A DNA stretch of 64,000 nucleotides from Candidatus Bathyarchaeia archaeon (GCA_041946875.1 JBHGBG010000001.1:10996-74995), one strand, 5' to 3'; counted from the first letter of the stretch, positions 34,230-44,482 are shown. Translations and numbers: made by a program. The notes: generated from the sequence alone by a model not told the origin.

Positions 34230-34931
34230 TTGGTGACGCGCGTGAGGATAGTCTCGGCGGATTCCGCAGCCGCAATCTTGGATGAAAAGTTCACTCCCGT
34301 GTTCCTTGTCGCTTCCGCTTCAGTTTTAGTCACACCACCTTACAGAGAGGCACAAGCCAGGTTGGCTGACCCCATCTTCGCAGACCCCGAAATCGGACAC
34401 GAAGCCGTGGTCCACGAGGCTGAACTCTGCCTGAATCTGCTGGAGCGGGTGCAAGCGGATGTAGTGCACTTGGACGCTTCGCTGGGCGGCGTATCCGTTG
34501 AAAACTTGTCACCAGTGGAACTCTCCAACATGCGCATCTCCCTCAAAGCAAGGCAACATCTCCTGAAAATCCTGCCCAAGCTCCGAAAAATCGCGGGCGA
34601 CATCAAGAGAAAACACGGGATAGAGGTGCTCGCCATCGGCAAAGAGAGCATCCCGGTGAGAATCGCCGAGTTGACGGCAGGCGCCGAAGCTGTGATCTAC
34701 GCCTGTCGGAGAGCGCTGGAGAAACACGAGGCAGTCCTCCTTGGGTTACCGTCCAGATGCCAATTCAGAGTGGCGGACGGCAGGGTGTACCTGCACTCGC
34801 TCATGGAGGCAGAACATGACGTTCGGGGCTACGCGGAAGACGCTGATGGCGTGCTGAGCCGAACAAGTTTGAAGGAGCTGTTGAACCCTGTTGCGAGGGG
34901 GTTCCGCGCTCTGAGGATTACGCCGAAGTGA
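34230..34931 (+). CDS. Conserved hypothetical protein
   Basis: 233-aa clean ORF (TTG/GTG start) with codon usage like its neighbours. No motif confidently recognised. Confidence 0.45.
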   Translation: MVTRVRIVSADSAAAILDEKFTPVFLVASASVLVTPPYREAQARLADPIFADPEIGHEAVVHEAELCLNLLERVQADVVHLDASLGGVSVENLSPVELSNMRISLKARQHLLKILPKLRKIAGDIKRKHGIEVLAIGKESIPVRIAELTAGAEAVIYACRRALEKHEAVLLGLPSRCQFRVADGRVYLHSLMEAEHDVRGYAEDADGVLSRTSLKELLNPVARGFRALRITPK

Positions 34932-34956
34932 GGCGGGGCAAAGTCTTTTAGCCGCC

Positions 34957-35655
34957 GTGCGTTGGAAGGTAGAAAGAGGCAGTTTTGTGCAACCCCAGCA
35001 TTCCAATGTGATTTCGCCTTTGGAAGCAGTCTTGGTAGTGGTGGCCACGTTCTTCTTGAGCATCTTCGTCGGCGCCATCATCCTCCTGACCCTGGGAGAC
35101 GCGGTAACGCTCGTGCTGGGCGAACTCATCATTCTCCTCGTTCCGCTCGGGTTCATGGCGTTCAAGCGCGTCAGCATCCGAAGCTACGTGCCGATGGAAG
35201 TGAAACCCAAGTTTATCCTGTTGGGCTTAGCATTCGGCGTCGTGCTAGTTCTGATAGACATAGTCGTCTCGAACGTGTTGACCGCTATTTTCGGCGTCAG
35301 TCAAGCCGTCGAGGAATCCAACACCCTCCTCACTGGTTTGAGCGGCTCGGCTTGGGGCTTGGCTGCGGTCGTGGCTTCGCTGGCTTTGGCTGGCGTGTGC
35401 GAGGAATTCGCCTTCCGAGGGTTCTTGCAGAATGCGCTGAACCGCAGATTTTCGTTCCTGCCGTCGGTCCTAATCTCGGCAGCCGCATTCGGCATCTTCC
35501 ACTTTGATCCGCAAGGAGTGTACATACTCTCGGCTTTCATAAGCGGCTTGGTCTTGGGATATGTCTACCACCGATGGAATTCGTACGTGGTTTCCGCCCT
35601 GGCACATTCCACACTGAATCTGATTGTCCTGGCGCTGCTCCTGCTGGGCTTGTAG
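34957..35655 (+). CDS. CPBP-family intramembrane glutamic endopeptidase (CAAX protease-like)
   Basis: EEFAFRGFLQ and FGIFH...H motifs within a polytopic membrane protein. Confidence 0.75.
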   Translation: MRWKVERGSFVQPQHSNVISPLEAVLVVVATFFLSIFVGAIILLTLGDAVTLVLGELIILLVPLGFMAFKRVSIRSYVPMEVKPKFILLGLAFGVVLVLIDIVVSNVLTAIFGVSQAVEESNTLLTGLSGSAWGLAAVVASLALAGVCEEFAFRGFLQNALNRRFSFLPSVLISAAAFGIFHFDPQGVYILSAFISGLVLGYVYHRWNSYVVSALAHSTLNLIVLALLLLGL

Positions 35656-35679
35656 AACAGGTGCGAAAAGCCTTCCGGG

Positions 35680-36540
35680 CTAACCGACCTTTGAAATCTC
35701 CAAGCTTATGTCCAACTCCTTCACGCTGTGAGTCAACTCGCCCAGACTAATCAAATCGGCTCCCGCCTCGGCGTACTCCAGCAGGTTTTCCGATGTGATT
35801 CCGCCGCTCGCCTCCAGCAGGACCCTGTCGTGGAGCCCAGCCTTTTTCATCAACGCAACAGCTTCTCGAACTTGGCTCGGCTGGAAGTTGTCCAGCAGGA
35901 CCAGGTCTGCGCCCAGCTCCGCCGCCTTCACGGCGTCGGCGGGTTTCGTGATTTCGACCTCGAGTTTCTTGCTGAAGGAAGCGTTCTGCTTGGCGCGTTT
36001 CACGGCGTTCTCCAACCCGCCAGCCAGCGCGATGTGATTGTCCTTGATGAGAACCATGTCGTCCAAGTGCAGCCTGTGCGGGTCGCCTCCGCCCACGAGA
36101 ACGGCTTTCTTGTCGAAGTACAGCAGGCCAGGTGCGGATTTGCGAGTAGCCGCAATCCTTGTGGTCAGACCGGCTTCCTTGATTTTCGTGGTCAGGTTTC
36201 TAGTTGCTGTGGCGATTCCGCTCATCCGCGAAAGCAAGTTCAGTAGCGTCCGCTCCGCCGACAGAATTGTCCGAGCATTTCCCGAAAGCATGAGGATTAC
36301 TCGTCCCTTCTTGGCGAGTGCTCCGTCGGCTATGGCTGTCTTCGCCTTGAGCCCCAGAAGCTCGGCTAGAACGGAGGCTTCTTCGACGCCAGCCACGATG
36401 CCTTCGGCTTTGGCAGTGACTTCGGCTTCAGCCTTCAGTCCTTCGGGTATGATTGCGGCGCTTGTCACGTCGCCTTGGCCGATGTCTTCGGCGAGGAACT
36501 GGGTGAGTTTTTCTTCCAGAATTCTGCGCGGAATAAACAT
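35680..36540 (-). CDS. nadC: Nicotinate-nucleotide pyrophosphorylase (carboxylating)
   Basis: AEDIGQGDVTS, ERTLLNLLSRMSGIAT, RKSAPG, KDNHI and LLDN motifs. Start set at the ATG at 36540. Confidence 0.85.
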   Translation of the reverse strand: MFIPRRILEEKLTQFLAEDIGQGDVTSAAIIPEGLKAEAEVTAKAEGIVAGVEEASVLAELLGLKAKTAIADGALAKKGRVILMLSGNARTILSAERTLLNLLSRMSGIATATRNLTTKIKEAGLTTRIAATRKSAPGLLYFDKKAVLVGGGDPHRLHLDDMVLIKDNHIALAGGLENAVKRAKQNASFSKKLEVEITKPADAVKAAELGADLVLLDNFQPSQVREAVALMKKAGLHDRVLLEASGGITSENLLEYAEAGADLISLGELTHSVKELDISLEISKVG

Positions 36541-36660
36541 GACTGCTAATTCTTCTTCTTCGCTTAAACGCTTTTCTCCATCAAGCCATGAAGACCCTGA
36601 GATTGGATGCGTCTGACCACAAAGTCTCTTAAGCGCAAGCCACACAATTGAAACCCAAGC

Positions 36661-37425
36661 GTGGTTCAAATGACCATCAAACTCTCCAAAATCTTCTTCG
36701 AAGTGCACAGCGGACTCCCGAGAGAAGGCCCAGGCGACAACGAATCCACACGCAAAGCCTACATGATGCTGAGCAACCTGCCTCAGAACCCCAAGATTCT
36801 GGACATTGGCTGCGGTCCCGGCATGCAGACGCGGTGGCTAGCCCATCTGTCCAACTCAAGTATAGCGGCGGTTGACAATCACCAACCCTTTCTTGACCAG
36901 TTGACAGAGGCAGCCGAGGCGGAGGGCATCAGTGACAGAATCCATGTGGTCAAAGGAGACATGACGTCGTTAAACTATGCAGACGGCTCTTTCGACGTGG
37001 TTTGGTCAGAAGGCTCAATCTTTATTATAGGCTTCGAAAAGGGTCTGCGTGACTGGAAACGCCTGCTTGCGCCAAGAGGCTACCTCGTTACGTCCCATGC
37101 GTCCTGGCTGAAACCCGACCCTCCTGAAGAGGTCAAGCGATTCTGGGCGGAGGTTGACTCTTCAATCACGACAATTCAGCAGAACTTAGAAATCGCCACA
37201 AGGGCAGGTTACGATGTTGTCGGCTACTTCGTGTTGCCTGAGAAGAGTTGGTGGGACAACTATTACACGCCCATTCTTGAGAAGCTGCCTGCTCTTCGGA
37301 AGGCGCACGCGGGCGACGAAGAAGCGTTAAGGTATGTTGAGTTTGAAGAGCTGGAAATCGACATGTTCCGCAGGTACTCGGACTACTACGGCTACGTCTT
37401 CTACGTCCTCCAATCCCGAGGTTAG
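36661..37425 (+). CDS. Class I SAM-dependent methyltransferase
   Basis: Motif I ILDIGCGPGMQT and post-I AVDNHQ. Confidence 0.7.
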   Translation: MVQMTIKLSKIFFEVHSGLPREGPGDNESTRKAYMMLSNLPQNPKILDIGCGPGMQTRWLAHLSNSSIAAVDNHQPFLDQLTEAAEAEGISDRIHVVKGDMTSLNYADGSFDVVWSEGSIFIIGFEKGLRDWKRLLAPRGYLVTSHASWLKPDPPEEVKRFWAEVDSSITTIQQNLEIATRAGYDVVGYFVLPEKSWWDNYYTPILEKLPALRKAHAGDEEALRYVEFEELEIDMFRRYSDYYGYVFYVLQSRG

Positions 37426-37457
37426 GGATAGACAGAAATAACATACCAAACAAATGC

Positions 37458-38603
37458 TTGAGCATGAGACTGCTGTACGCCTGCAGCGAGCTGGGTTTGG
37501 GACACGCTTCGCGCACCATAGCCTTAGGCAAGCGGCTGGAGCAGCGCGGGCACGAAGTCCACTTCTTCTCAGGCGGCAGAGCCTACAGCCTCCTCAAAAA
37601 AGAATTCAAGAACGTCTACCCAGCCACCCCAGTCGCGTGGTACGAGAACGCCAGCGGCATAATCACGTCGGCATCCCTCATCAACATCTTGTTCCCGCTG
37701 CCGTACTTCGACAGCGAAAGCGGCAAGTTCAGACTGAAAACGTCAAGCGCCATGGAAACCGCACACCGCTACTACGACCTCAGACGACACATCCGACAAA
37801 TCACACCCGAACTGCTCATAGCCGACGGAGACCTCCACGCCCTCAGACTGGCAAGCAGGTGGCACATTCCGGCAGTCTACATCACAAACCTCATCAGACC
37901 AAGCTACGGCTTCAACAGACTGCTCAATCCCGGCGAGAGATTCACGGAACGCTATGTCAAGAGCTGCGCACGCATAATTGTTCCCGACAACCCACAGCCG
38001 TACGCCGTCTGCGAATACAACCTTGGCGACTTGCGCCACGTCGGAATTGCCGACAAAACAGAATTTGTGGGAAGCTTCTTCGACACTAATCCGACAAATG
38101 GTTTAGAAAAACACGTGTTTGCGCCCGTGAGCGGACCCTTCGGCACCAGGTCGAAGCTTCTGCAGATGCTGATTCCGACATTTGACGAGTTGGGCGTGAA
38201 GTGTATCGTCAGTCTCGGACAGCCCGGCGAGAAGAGAAGTGGCAGACGTGGCAACTGCGAGGTGCACACGTGGCTGACCGCGGAAGAGCGTCAGGAGTGC
38301 ATGCGCAACGCCACCATCGTGGTTTTCAGCGGCGGCCACATCACCTGCTTCGAGACGATAAAGCACGCGAAGCCGAGTGTGTGCGTTCCGACACAGCCTG
38401 AGCAGATGGCGAACGCAGCCAAACTCCGAGACCTACACTGCGCGTTGATTGCCAAGAACAAGCAGCAGCTGAAAGCGGCGGTTCGAGAAATCGAAGCAAA
38501 CCGCGACAGGTACAGGTGCAGCGTCGAAGCGCTGAACAGGTTTTCGAACAGGTTCAACGGTCTGGACCGAGCGGTCGAAATCATCGAAAACGTTGTTGGC
38601 TAG
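37458..38603 (+). CDS. Glycosyltransferase (GT-B fold, MurG/GT28-like)
   Basis: The N-terminus CSELGLGHASRTIALGKRL is typical of GT1/GT28-like enzymes, and the C-terminal segment VVFSGGHITCFE is also consistent. Confidence 0.5.
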   Translation: MSMRLLYACSELGLGHASRTIALGKRLEQRGHEVHFFSGGRAYSLLKKEFKNVYPATPVAWYENASGIITSASLINILFPLPYFDSESGKFRLKTSSAMETAHRYYDLRRHIRQITPELLIADGDLHALRLASRWHIPAVYITNLIRPSYGFNRLLNPGERFTERYVKSCARIIVPDNPQPYAVCEYNLGDLRHVGIADKTEFVGSFFDTNPTNGLEKHVFAPVSGPFGTRSKLLQMLIPTFDELGVKCIVSLGQPGEKRSGRRGNCEVHTWLTAEERQECMRNATIVVFSGGHITCFETIKHAKPSVCVPTQPEQMANAAKLRDLHCALIAKNKQQLKAAVREIEANRDRYRCSVEALNRFSNRFNGLDRAVEIIENVVG

Positions 38604-38607
38604 CCGC

Positions 38608-39255
38608 TCAGGCTTGAGCGAGGCTTCGGCGCTTGACTTCGCCCTTCGGCGTTTCCTCCTCGAAGACGATGGCGCTGAAGCGGTAGACCCGGGCGCCTTT
38701 CGTGAGCCAGCTGTCGGGCGGCAAGCCCGCCTTAACGCAGCATTGACAGAGGAATTCTTCTTCGCACCATCCCCACTCGACGGGCACCTGCGGCAGCAGC
38801 AGCCCTTTGTAGAAGCCTTTCTCGACGATTAAGCCGTGTTCGCCCACCTTGATTTCCCGCAAGTAATCCTCAGGCTTCTCGGCTTTGACGGGTTCGGGCG
38901 GCGTGAGCACGCTGACCTCGAAGACGACGCTGTCCAGGTCGCTTTTCCTGAGCGGGTTGAATCTTGGGTCTTGGGTTGCTGACTGTATCGCCGCGTCAAT
39001 CACCGCTTCGACGAGCGGGTTAGTGGGGTAGGGGTAGCCGATGCATCCGCGGAGTTGTTTCTCGCCGTGTCTCAGCGCGTTTATCGTGACGAAGACGCCG
39101 CATTTCTCGAAAAGTTTCTTGGGCGTGTTTTCTGGGGGGTTCAACGTCTTGCCTGTTTCCAAGTAAGTTTGCACGGTGTTGCGTGCGAGGGTTATGAGGA
39201 GTTTTCCTTCTTCGTCGGTCAGTTGAAACGACACTGTGGTTCCTCCTGCGGGCAC
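38608..39255 (-). CDS. AMMECR1-domain protein
   Basis: LRGCIGYPYP signature. Confidence 0.8.
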   Translation of the reverse strand: MPAGGTTVSFQLTDEEGKLLITLARNTVQTYLETGKTLNPPENTPKKLFEKCGVFVTINALRHGEKQLRGCIGYPYPTNPLVEAVIDAAIQSATQDPRFNPLRKSDLDSVVFEVSVLTPPEPVKAEKPEDYLREIKVGEHGLIVEKGFYKGLLLPQVPVEWGWCEEEFLCQCCVKAGLPPDSWLTKGARVYRFSAIVFEEETPKGEVKRRSLAQA

Positions 39256-39290
39256 CGTTGTTGGATGCCTTTTTCCCCTCGGAAGAGGGC

Positions 39291-39944
39291 TTAGAATTTT
39301 ACGGATTCTTCCGTCGTGCCTTCCTTGGTGATGGTGAGGAAGTCGATGCCGTCACCGCTCATGATGTCCCTGCTTATGGCGGACTTGATGGCGCGTGTAA
39401 CTAGAGCCTTGGCTTCGTCCACAGGCATGTCCTTTCGGTAGCCTTCCTCGAGGACGCCAATGGCGATTTCCGTGCCTGAACCCACGACCGCGTAGTCGTC
39501 CGGCAGGACCGAGCCGAGGACGTCGAGCACCCAGAGTGAGGGTCCTTCGTCGTCTATGCCTCCGACGATGGTCTGCGTTATGAGCGGCATCATGCGCCGG
39601 TTGAAGAGGATGTTGCTCATGAGCTTCGCCGCGGCTCGGACGCTGATGCGTCTGCCGACATCCATGTCAAACAGGTTGGCGTTCGCCTCGACGTCGCGGA
39701 CGAGGACTTGCATGTCGCTGACTAGCCCAGCGCAGGCTGCGCCGATGCGGTCGGTTATCTTGAAGACTTTTTTGCCGCCTTTGCTGACGATGAGGTAGCC
39801 GTAGCTGACGCGTTTTTCGCTGGCGAGGATGATTCCGTCTTGGCAGACCACGCCGATGGTGGTTGCGCCTGGAATCCACGCCATGCCGCCTTGTTGGGCT
39901 TGGGGCTGAGTGGTTTGTGGTCCGTAGGGTTCCATGGTTTGCAC
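39291..39944 (-). CDS. psmB: Proteasome subunit beta
   Basis: Propeptide followed by the GATTIGVVCQDGIILASEKR catalytic Thr context. Confidence 0.9.
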   Translation of the reverse strand: MQTMEPYGPQTTQPQAQQGGMAWIPGATTIGVVCQDGIILASEKRVSYGYLIVSKGGKKVFKITDRIGAACAGLVSDMQVLVRDVEANANLFDMDVGRRISVRAAAKLMSNILFNRRMMPLITQTIVGGIDDEGPSLWVLDVLGSVLPDDYAVVGSGTEIAIGVLEEGYRKDMPVDEAKALVTRAIKSAISRDIMSGDGIDFLTITKEGTTEESVKF

Positions 39945-40063
39945 CTTTTTCTGGTTGTTTTACGCAGGTCGAACTATTAAGTTTACTTCTGACTTTTCGT
40001 GGCATCTGAGGATGGGGAGAAACTGTTTTTAGAGTCGCTAAGCCAATCGTACATTGACCCGAA

Positions 40064-40213
40064 ATGAGTGACGCTCAGCCTGTGAGGTGCCAGAAGTGTG
40101 GGAAACCCGTCGGCTATGTGACCGTGTTGGCGAAGGGCTTGATTGGGATGCAGCAGCGGCTTGAGAACGTGAAGGTGGTCGCCGTCTGCATGGACTGCGC
40201 CAAGAAGAAGTAG
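40064..40213 (+). CDS. Small zinc-ribbon protein (49 aa), not in the ORF track
   Basis: ATG at 40064 to TAG at 40211-40213. The product is MSDAQPVRCQKCGKPVGYV...VAVCMDCAKKK, with a CxxC...CxxC pattern. Confidence 0.35.
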   Translation: MSDAQPVRCQKCGKPVGYVTVLAKGLIGMQQRLENVKVVAVCMDCAKKK

Positions 40214-40295
40214 CCAAGCCTGCGTTGGGAAAAGCTTTTACACGCAGGCAGTCCTCACAGTAACCAAGACAAAGCGTTCGAGAAGGGAAAACGGA

Positions 40296-40889
40296 ATGAT
40301 AGGACTCTACACCAAGAAAAGCGGAGGCACATGGTTCGGCGTTGCCTGCGACGAGCAGCACGTCTTCGCCACATCTTTCACTGCTACCGAACAGAAAGCC
40401 GTGCGTGACCTGCTGACTTGTCTGCCGTTCAACGCGGAATTCCAAGTTTCCTCGGCTGCCACGGGCTTGGCTGAGAAAGCTCTGAGAGTCGTAGAGGACA
40501 TCTACGATGGGAAGGGCCAAACGCAGAACGTGCCCTTAGCCATGGAGTGGCTGCCAGCGTACACTCAACGCGTCCTGCAGACCGTGGCTCTCATCCCAGT
40601 CGGCTACGTGTCCAGCTACGGCAGAGTCGCAGCAGCAGCGGGCGGAGGTGCAAGGGCTGTGGGCAACGTGATGGCGTCGAACCCGTTCGCACCCATCGTC
40701 CCCTGCCACAGAGTCGTAGGCTGGAACCTTGGGCTGGGCGGGTACGGCGGCGGCTTGGACAGGAAACAAGCGTTTCTAGTCCGCGAGAAAAGAAGCTACA
40801 AAGAGCCGCGGGACATTCCTGTGGGCGAGAAGAAGCTCACGGTTTTTCCAGTGGAGAACGTGCTGAACAGACTCAAGACGAAGAAATGA
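40296..40889 (+). CDS. ogt: Methylated-DNA--protein-cysteine methyltransferase (Ogt/MGMT family)
   Basis: Active-site PCHRVV within VSSYGRVAAAAG...RAVGNVMASNP....VPCHRVVG. Confidence 0.75.
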   Translation: MIGLYTKKSGGTWFGVACDEQHVFATSFTATEQKAVRDLLTCLPFNAEFQVSSAATGLAEKALRVVEDIYDGKGQTQNVPLAMEWLPAYTQRVLQTVALIPVGYVSSYGRVAAAAGGGARAVGNVMASNPFAPIVPCHRVVGWNLGLGGYGGGLDRKQAFLVREKRSYKEPRDIPVGEKKLTVFPVENVLNRLKTKK

Positions 40890-40969
40890 CTCGGTTTGCC
40901 GGGCGTCCTGTTGCGCGAAGTGATGAGTGGACGGCCGGTTTCCAATTACGGTTGGCTTTCTCAGAAAAG

Positions 40970-41220
40970 TCAGATCTTCGGAAGCCTTTGAGTATCTCCC
41001 TTCTTTGTCAGTGTACGAGTATGCTTTATGCCTCCTTTCTTGAGTTCGACGGGAAACTCCTGTATTGGAACCTCAGCTATCTCAGCTGCCTTTCCAACAC
41101 TTGTCGAACCTCGCAAAAGGCTTCTACGGCGACAGCCACTCTGATGTCTCTTTCTGACGAGAATTCGGGAACCCTATCCTGAACTACCTTTGTCAAGAAA
41201 GAACCTTCCTGACTCGTCAT
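40970..41220 (-). pseudogene. Frameshifted UPF0175-like antitoxin remnant
   Basis: Frame 1 reads MTSQEG...ERDIRVAVAVEAFCEVRQV and then hits TAG. A shifted frame continues SVGKAAEIAEVPIQEFPVELKKGGIK, which matches the UPF0175 GKAAE.A....EF...L...GI motif. Confidence 0.35.
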
Positions 41221-41339
41221 GATTTAAAGGTGCTTTGGAACTAAGTTGTTTTGGTTGCTAGAGCAGTTGACTCTCTAAATCGTCGTCTTTCTTGTTTTTC
41301 TCGGGTCAAAGAATCCCAGAAATCAACTTGAGCCAGACT

Positions 41340-44300
41340 TTAATGAGTTCCGGGTTTCAGCTCGATTTTGTCTTTTCTGCTCCAGATCATTTTAGTCAGT
41401 TCAAGCAGCGCGACTGGAGCCAAGCCCAGTGCCAGCACTATTGACCAGTCGATGACGGTCAGGGGAAGTATCTCGAAGTTTATGCCTATCGCGGCGAAGC
41501 CGTACTGCATCTGGGGGATGTACATTAGCATCGCGTGGAACACGGGGATTGAGAGGACGAGGGGCATTATCTTCCAGTTCCAGTCTTCCCGCAGGGACTT
41601 GTACATGGGCTTGTTCAGGCGTCTAAGCGACAGGATAAGGACGCTTTGAGCGATTATGGCAACGGACAGCAGCATCGTTCGCGCTTTCGCTTGCTCCCAC
41701 AGTATGGCGCTTGGGGTCTCGATGTCTGAGCCGAGCACGTGACCGACCTCATTCGCACCAAATACTGGGATTATGTCAAACAGGGCTAAGAGGTAGGAGA
41801 TGGTGAGCATAAGCGCCAAGGACAGGGAGAACACGATGAGTGCTGTTCTTCGTTTTCCACTGATTAAGCCTTCCTTGCTGCGGGGCTTCTCCTTCATGAC
41901 GTCGGGACTGAGCTTGTCTGTTACCAAGGCGAGTGAGGGGGCGAACTGCGTTATGGCTATGTAGATGAGTTGCCATGTCTGCAGGATGAAGAATTCTTTC
42001 ACGAACGAGGCGCCGAAGAAAACCAGCGCCTCTGCGATGCTTATGGCTACGTAGAAGAACACGATGTTCTGGATTTTTTCGAAGACGCCTCTGCCCTGTC
42101 GAATTCCCGTCACGATGGAGTTGAAGGAATCGTCCGCGAGCACGACTCCCGCTGACTGCCTCGCCACATCCGTTCCAGTGGCGCCCATGGCTATGCCCAC
42201 GTCAGCCGCGACAATTGCCTGAGCGTCGTTCACTCCGTCACCCGTCATGGCGACGACGCAGTTCAGTTCTTTGTACCGCGCAACTATCGCCCTCTTGTCG
42301 TCGGGCGAGGTTCTGGCGAAGACGGCAACGTTCAAGAATTCTTCGTCCGAAAGTTTTCCGATTTGGGACCCTTCGACGACAAGCTGGTTGTCCTTTATCA
42401 GCCCGATTTCCTTCGCGATGCTTCTGGCTGTGGCTAGGCTATCGCCCGTTATCATGACCGGTTTGATTCCTGCAGTGTTAAGTTCGGACACGGCGGAGCT
42501 GACTCCTTCTCTCGGCGGGTCGGTGATTGCGACGAATCCGATGAAGGTTAGGCAGGTTTCGCAGAGTTCTCGCACTGCGCTTTCGTCGAAGTCGTCGACT
42601 TCTCGGAGCGCGAAGGAAACGATTCGTTGCCCCTGCTGAGAAAAGAGATCCACTCTATCAAGCACTTGGTTCTTATAATCTTGGGTGAAAGGTTCGACTT
42701 CGTTTTCCCTACAGAGGACGGTACTGCACTTTATCAAGAGGTTCTCGATTGAGCCTTTCACAAAGAAGACGAAGCGGTTAGTCTTGGTGTCATGGAAGAC
42801 CTTTGTTATGAGTTTCGTTTTTGGGTCAAGCGGCCAGCTCGTGAGGAGCGTGAATCTTCCCGTGTACATCTCAGGCTCAAGAATGGCTCTCTCAAAGAGG
42901 CACAGCATTGCTATGTCGGTGGCGTCGCTTGTAATTTTCTTGCTCGTGTCGATTTGGCAGGCTTTCAGTTGGCTTTCGTCGTCTCCGAAGATGGGTCTGT
43001 CGTTGTTGAGCAGAGACGCGGCTAGGAGGTATTCGAGGGCGTTTTCTTCCTCGATTTTGATGTGGACTGGTTCTACGAATTCTTGAGGCTGATGCAGTAC
43101 TTTGTCGAAGCCTTGAGTAATGTCTATCTTGGCGATTCTACCCGCATCGACGGAGTCTGGACTCGTCACGTAGTAGAGTTTTTCTTGTCCCTGTTTGATG
43201 GGGGTGTAGACCCATTTTACGGTCATCTTGTTCTGCGTAATCGTTCCCGTCTTGTCTGTGCACAGGACGGACAGTCGACCTGCGCTTTCTATGGCGTTTA
43301 GGTTACGGACAATCACGTTGCTCTTGACCATGATGAGCGCGCCCGCCAGCATGACGATTGTGACGAGTAGAGGTATGCTTACGGGCATGATGTTCAGCGC
43401 GGTGATGAGGGCGTTCGCGATGGCCTGAGCGATTGTTGCTACGTTGGGCGTGCTGCCAGTCAGGTACATTGTCCCAAAGGTGAAGGTTATCGAAAGCCCG
43501 AGGTAAATCAAGACTATATAGGTAAGGTTTTTTGCGAGTACGTTTATCCTCTTGCGAAGAGAAATTTCTGGAGCAGCATCGATTTTCAGTTTGCCCGCCA
43601 TCTTGCCTATTTGGGTGTTTCTTCCAGTCTCTACAACCATTGCGGTCGCGTTTCCAGTTACGATGGATGTCCCGAGGAACAGGCTGTCATGCTTCTGAAA
43701 AATCGAAGTCCCTTCCTTTTCCGAGGTGGAATGCTGGGATTTTTCGACATCGGCCGATTCACCTGTTAGGATTGCCTCGTTCGCTCTGAGGCTCACGGAG
43801 GTGATTACTCGTGCGTCGGCGGGAATGATGTCGCCCTGCTTGAGTAGGATGATGTCGCCGGGAACCAGTTCTTCGGAGGGAATGAGGGTGACTTTGCCGT
43901 CGCGCTTGACGTTGCACTTCGGGCTTGAGAGTTTCTGAAGCGCAGTCAGCCCTCTCTCCGCCCTCACAGACTGAACTACGATCACCACAACGTTGCCCGT
44001 GATTATGGGAAGCCACACCGCCACCTGAAACCACAGGGACGGCAAAATGACAAGGGCGAGAACCGCTAACGCTGTGCTCACTATCAGGTATACGACTATC
44101 AGCCAGTTCGACAGAGGCGCGAGGTACATTTTCAGGCGGTTGATGGCGATTTTCGGAACGCAGTTTGGCCCGGTTTTTTGGAGTCTTTCTGTTGCTTCCT
44201 GCCGAGTTAGACCATTCTCGAGATTGGTTTTGAGTTTCTTGCTAATGTCAGCGAGCGGCAGTCTGAACGCTTCGTCTTCGTTTAGGATGAATTCTACCTC

Positions 44301-44453
44301 TTTGATTGCAGGCGATTTTTGTTTGTTCAAGTCAGTTTGTACCTGTGGAGATTGGTGTCTATGGAAATGTTCTCGGTCAAGTCCTCTTAATCGTTTGTAG
44401 CAACAAGGTGTTACCACAAGTGTTTCGGAAAGAGCTGAAAGCGACCTAAACAC
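41340..44453 (-). CDS. Cation-transporting P-type ATPase (type II, Ca2+/Na+-like)
   Basis: TGES, phosphorylation site CTDKTGTITQNKM, TGD, MTGDGVNDAQAIVAADVGIAMG and about 10 TM helices. Confidence 0.9.
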   Translation of the reverse strand: MFRSLSALSETLVVTPCCYKRLRGLDREHFHRHQSPQVQTDLNKQKSPAIKEVEFILNEDEAFRLPLADISKKLKTNLENGLTRQEATERLQKTGPNCVPKIAINRLKMYLAPLSNWLIVVYLIVSTALAVLALVILPSLWFQVAVWLPIITGNVVVIVVQSVRAERGLTALQKLSSPKCNVKRDGKVTLIPSEELVPGDIILLKQGDIIPADARVITSVSLRANEAILTGESADVEKSQHSTSEKEGTSIFQKHDSLFLGTSIVTGNATAMVVETGRNTQIGKMAGKLKIDAAPEISLRKRINVLAKNLTYIVLIYLGLSITFTFGTMYLTGSTPNVATIAQAIANALITALNIMPVSIPLLVTIVMLAGALIMVKSNVIVRNLNAIESAGRLSVLCTDKTGTITQNKMTVKWVYTPIKQGQEKLYYVTSPDSVDAGRIAKIDITQGFDKVLHQPQEFVEPVHIKIEEENALEYLLAASLLNNDRPIFGDDESQLKACQIDTSKKITSDATDIAMLCLFERAILEPEMYTGRFTLLTSWPLDPKTKLITKVFHDTKTNRFVFFVKGSIENLLIKCSTVLCRENEVEPFTQDYKNQVLDRVDLFSQQGQRIVSFALREVDDFDESAVRELCETCLTFIGFVAITDPPREGVSSAVSELNTAGIKPVMITGDSLATARSIAKEIGLIKDNQLVVEGSQIGKLSDEEFLNVAVFARTSPDDKRAIVARYKELNCVVAMTGDGVNDAQAIVAADVGIAMGATGTDVARQSAGVVLADDSFNSIVTGIRQGRGVFEKIQNIVFFYVAISIAEALVFFGASFVKEFFILQTWQLIYIAITQFAPSLALVTDKLSPDVMKEKPRSKEGLISGKRRTALIVFSLSLALMLTISYLLALFDIIPVFGANEVGHVLGSDIETPSAILWEQAKARTMLLSVAIIAQSVLILSLRRLNKPMYKSLREDWNWKIMPLVLSIPVFHAMLMYIPQMQYGFAAIGINFEILPLTVIDWSIVLALGLAPVALLELTKMIWSRKDKIELKPGTH

Positions 44454-44482
44454 TTTTTTGGTCTCGTTTCCTTCTCTCTGGT

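Noticed and set aside
37454-38089. 211-aa Arg/His/Pro-rich plus-strand ORF
   Set aside because: It is an alternative frame of the glycosyltransferase gene, and its composition is not protein-like.
40038-40520. 160-aa minus-strand ORF
   Set aside because: It overlaps both the small zinc-ribbon ORF and the ogt 5' end on the opposite strand. It has no motifs and is Ser/Arg-rich.
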